From contig JAYZFK010000046.1 in assembly GCA_036336835.1 (NCBI GenBank), positions 1 to 64,000 of the forward strand: a stretch of DNA of 64,000 nt. The letters run 5' to 3'. The position numbers were made by a program, and so were the translations under genes. Origin of the DNA: Myxococcota bacterium (lineage in GTDB: Bacteria; Myxococcota_A; UBA9160; UBA4427). Position 1 is the first letter of the stretch. Each line of letters begins with the position of its first letter. Positions 63,109-64,000 of the stretch are shown in pieces. The notes below the pieces were generated by a model. That model did not search any database, was not told the origin of the DNA, and saw only the letters and a list, made by a program, of their open reading frames with translations.

Positions 63109-64000
63109 GTGATCTGCCGCTCGGTCGTTCTCGTCGCCGCCACATTGTGTGGCCTGCTGCTCGCGGGCGATGCCGCGGCGCACACGCGCAGCATCTCGCA
63201 CTCGAGCTGGCGACCCGATGAGACCGGAGCCCGCGTGAAGCTGCGCATTCCGCGCCTCGAACTCACCCGAATCGGACTCGACGCCCCACCGCAGGACCGC
63301 GAGTTGTCAGCTCTTGCAGGTCGCTATCTCGCCGACCGCCTGGTGCTGCGCTCGGGGCAGCTGGATTGTCAGCGTGTCGGCGCCATCGAGCCCCGCCGAG
63401 CGGACGAAGGCTGGGCTGCGTTCGCCTGGCGCTACGAGTGTCCTGCCGGCCGACCCAGCGCGATCGAGACGGCGATCCTGCTCGCCGTTGCCCCGTCGCA
63501 CGTGCATTTCGCACGCCTGTCACTGCCGGACGGCAAGGTGACCGAGCGGGTCCTGACCGAGGCGAGCCCGCTCTGGGAGCTCCCGAGCGCGCCGCAGGCC
63601 GGCGCCCGTCAGCCCGCTTCCGATGGCGCCGGCAGCTCGATCGCAAACTACGTGGTGCTCGGGATCGGGCACATCCTGACGGGCTGGGACCACCTGGCCT
63701 TCGTGCTCGCGCTGATGATCCTGGCCGGCACGCTCGGCGAGATGGCGCGCGTGGTCACCGGCTTCACCATCGCCCACAGCCTGACGCTGGCGCTGGCGGT
63801 GCTGGGCCTGGTGCATCCACAGGCCGTCGTCGTCGAGGCCGTGATCGGCTTCTCGGTCGCGCTGGTCGCAGCCGAGAACGCCTGGACGCTCGGTGGGCGC
63901 GGCCGCGCGATCCCGCTAGCGGCCGTCGTCGGACTCGGCGCCTGCGCGGTGCTGGCGCTGTCCGGAGTGGGGCGCGTCCCAGCCGCGACACTGATCGGCC
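63109..64000 (+). CDS. HupE/UreJ family membrane protein with N-terminal periplasmic domain (partial, runs off the window)
   Basis: Not in the ORF track because it has no stop here. Reads MICRSVVLVAATLCGLLLAGDAAA/HTRSISHS…LGIGHILTGWDHLAF…VTGFTIAHSLTL…VEAVIGFSVALVAAEN. Confidence 0.85.
   Translation, partial: MICRSVVLVAATLCGLLLAGDAAAHTRSISHSSWRPDETGARVKLRIPRLELTRIGLDAPPQDRELSALAGRYLADRLVLRSGQLDCQRVGAIEPRRADEGWAAFAWRYECPAGRPSAIETAILLAVAPSHVHFARLSLPDGKVTERVLTEASPLWELPSAPQAGARQPASDGAGSSIANYVVLGIGHILTGWDHLAFVLALMILAGTLGEMARVVTGFTIAHSLTLALAVLGLVHPQAVVVEAVIGFSVALVAAENAWTLGGRGRAIPLAAVVGLGACAVLALSGVGRVPAATLIG

Noticed and set aside
1..64000. Many long overlapping ORFs in the track (e.g. 40434-42659, 44796-47348, 19302-21053, 57728-59536)
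   Set aside because: Arg/Ala/Pro-rich shadow frames of real genes, expected at this GC content; no motifs.
1..64000. CRISPR arrays, IS elements, rRNA/tRNA, defence systems
   Set aside because: No spaced direct repeats, transposase/integrase motifs or structural RNA signatures were seen by eye.

Overview
GC-rich bacterial genomic window, densely coding with about 60 CDS. I found no rRNA, tRNA, CRISPR array or mobile element. PEP-CTERM proteins, sigma54 promoters, an F420-type LLM enzyme and paired acyl-CoA dehydrogenases suggest a Gram-negative deltaproteobacterial/Myxococcota-like organism (inference only). Main blocks, in order: (1) two divergent PEP-CTERM genes with a sigma54 promoter; (2) a phosphonate/phosphate locus: an asparagine-synthetase-like ligase lacking the glutaminase Cys, phosphonopyruvate decarboxylase, and a coupled aroA-gpmI-pstSCAB-AEP transaminase operon, with no PEP mutase in the window; (3) a xanthine-dehydrogenase-family molybdoenzyme operon with MoaD-like, split XdhC and MocA genes; (4) lipid/steroid catabolic genes, glpD, and amtB behind a sigma54 promoter with tandem NtrC-type sites; (5) peptidases, DNA polymerase II and a sulfatase; (6) a porin / FMN-binding protein / His-containing membrane protein / atypical ApbE operon preceded by a Fur-box-like site, a candidate extracytosolic flavinylation and iron-reduction system; (7) a PEP-CTERM-anchored metzincin protease; (8) a selenoprotein selD with an in-frame UGA and SECIS hairpin, which the ORF track splits in two; (9) a partial HupE/UreJ gene. 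All functional calls come from reading motifs by eye; no database searches were run.
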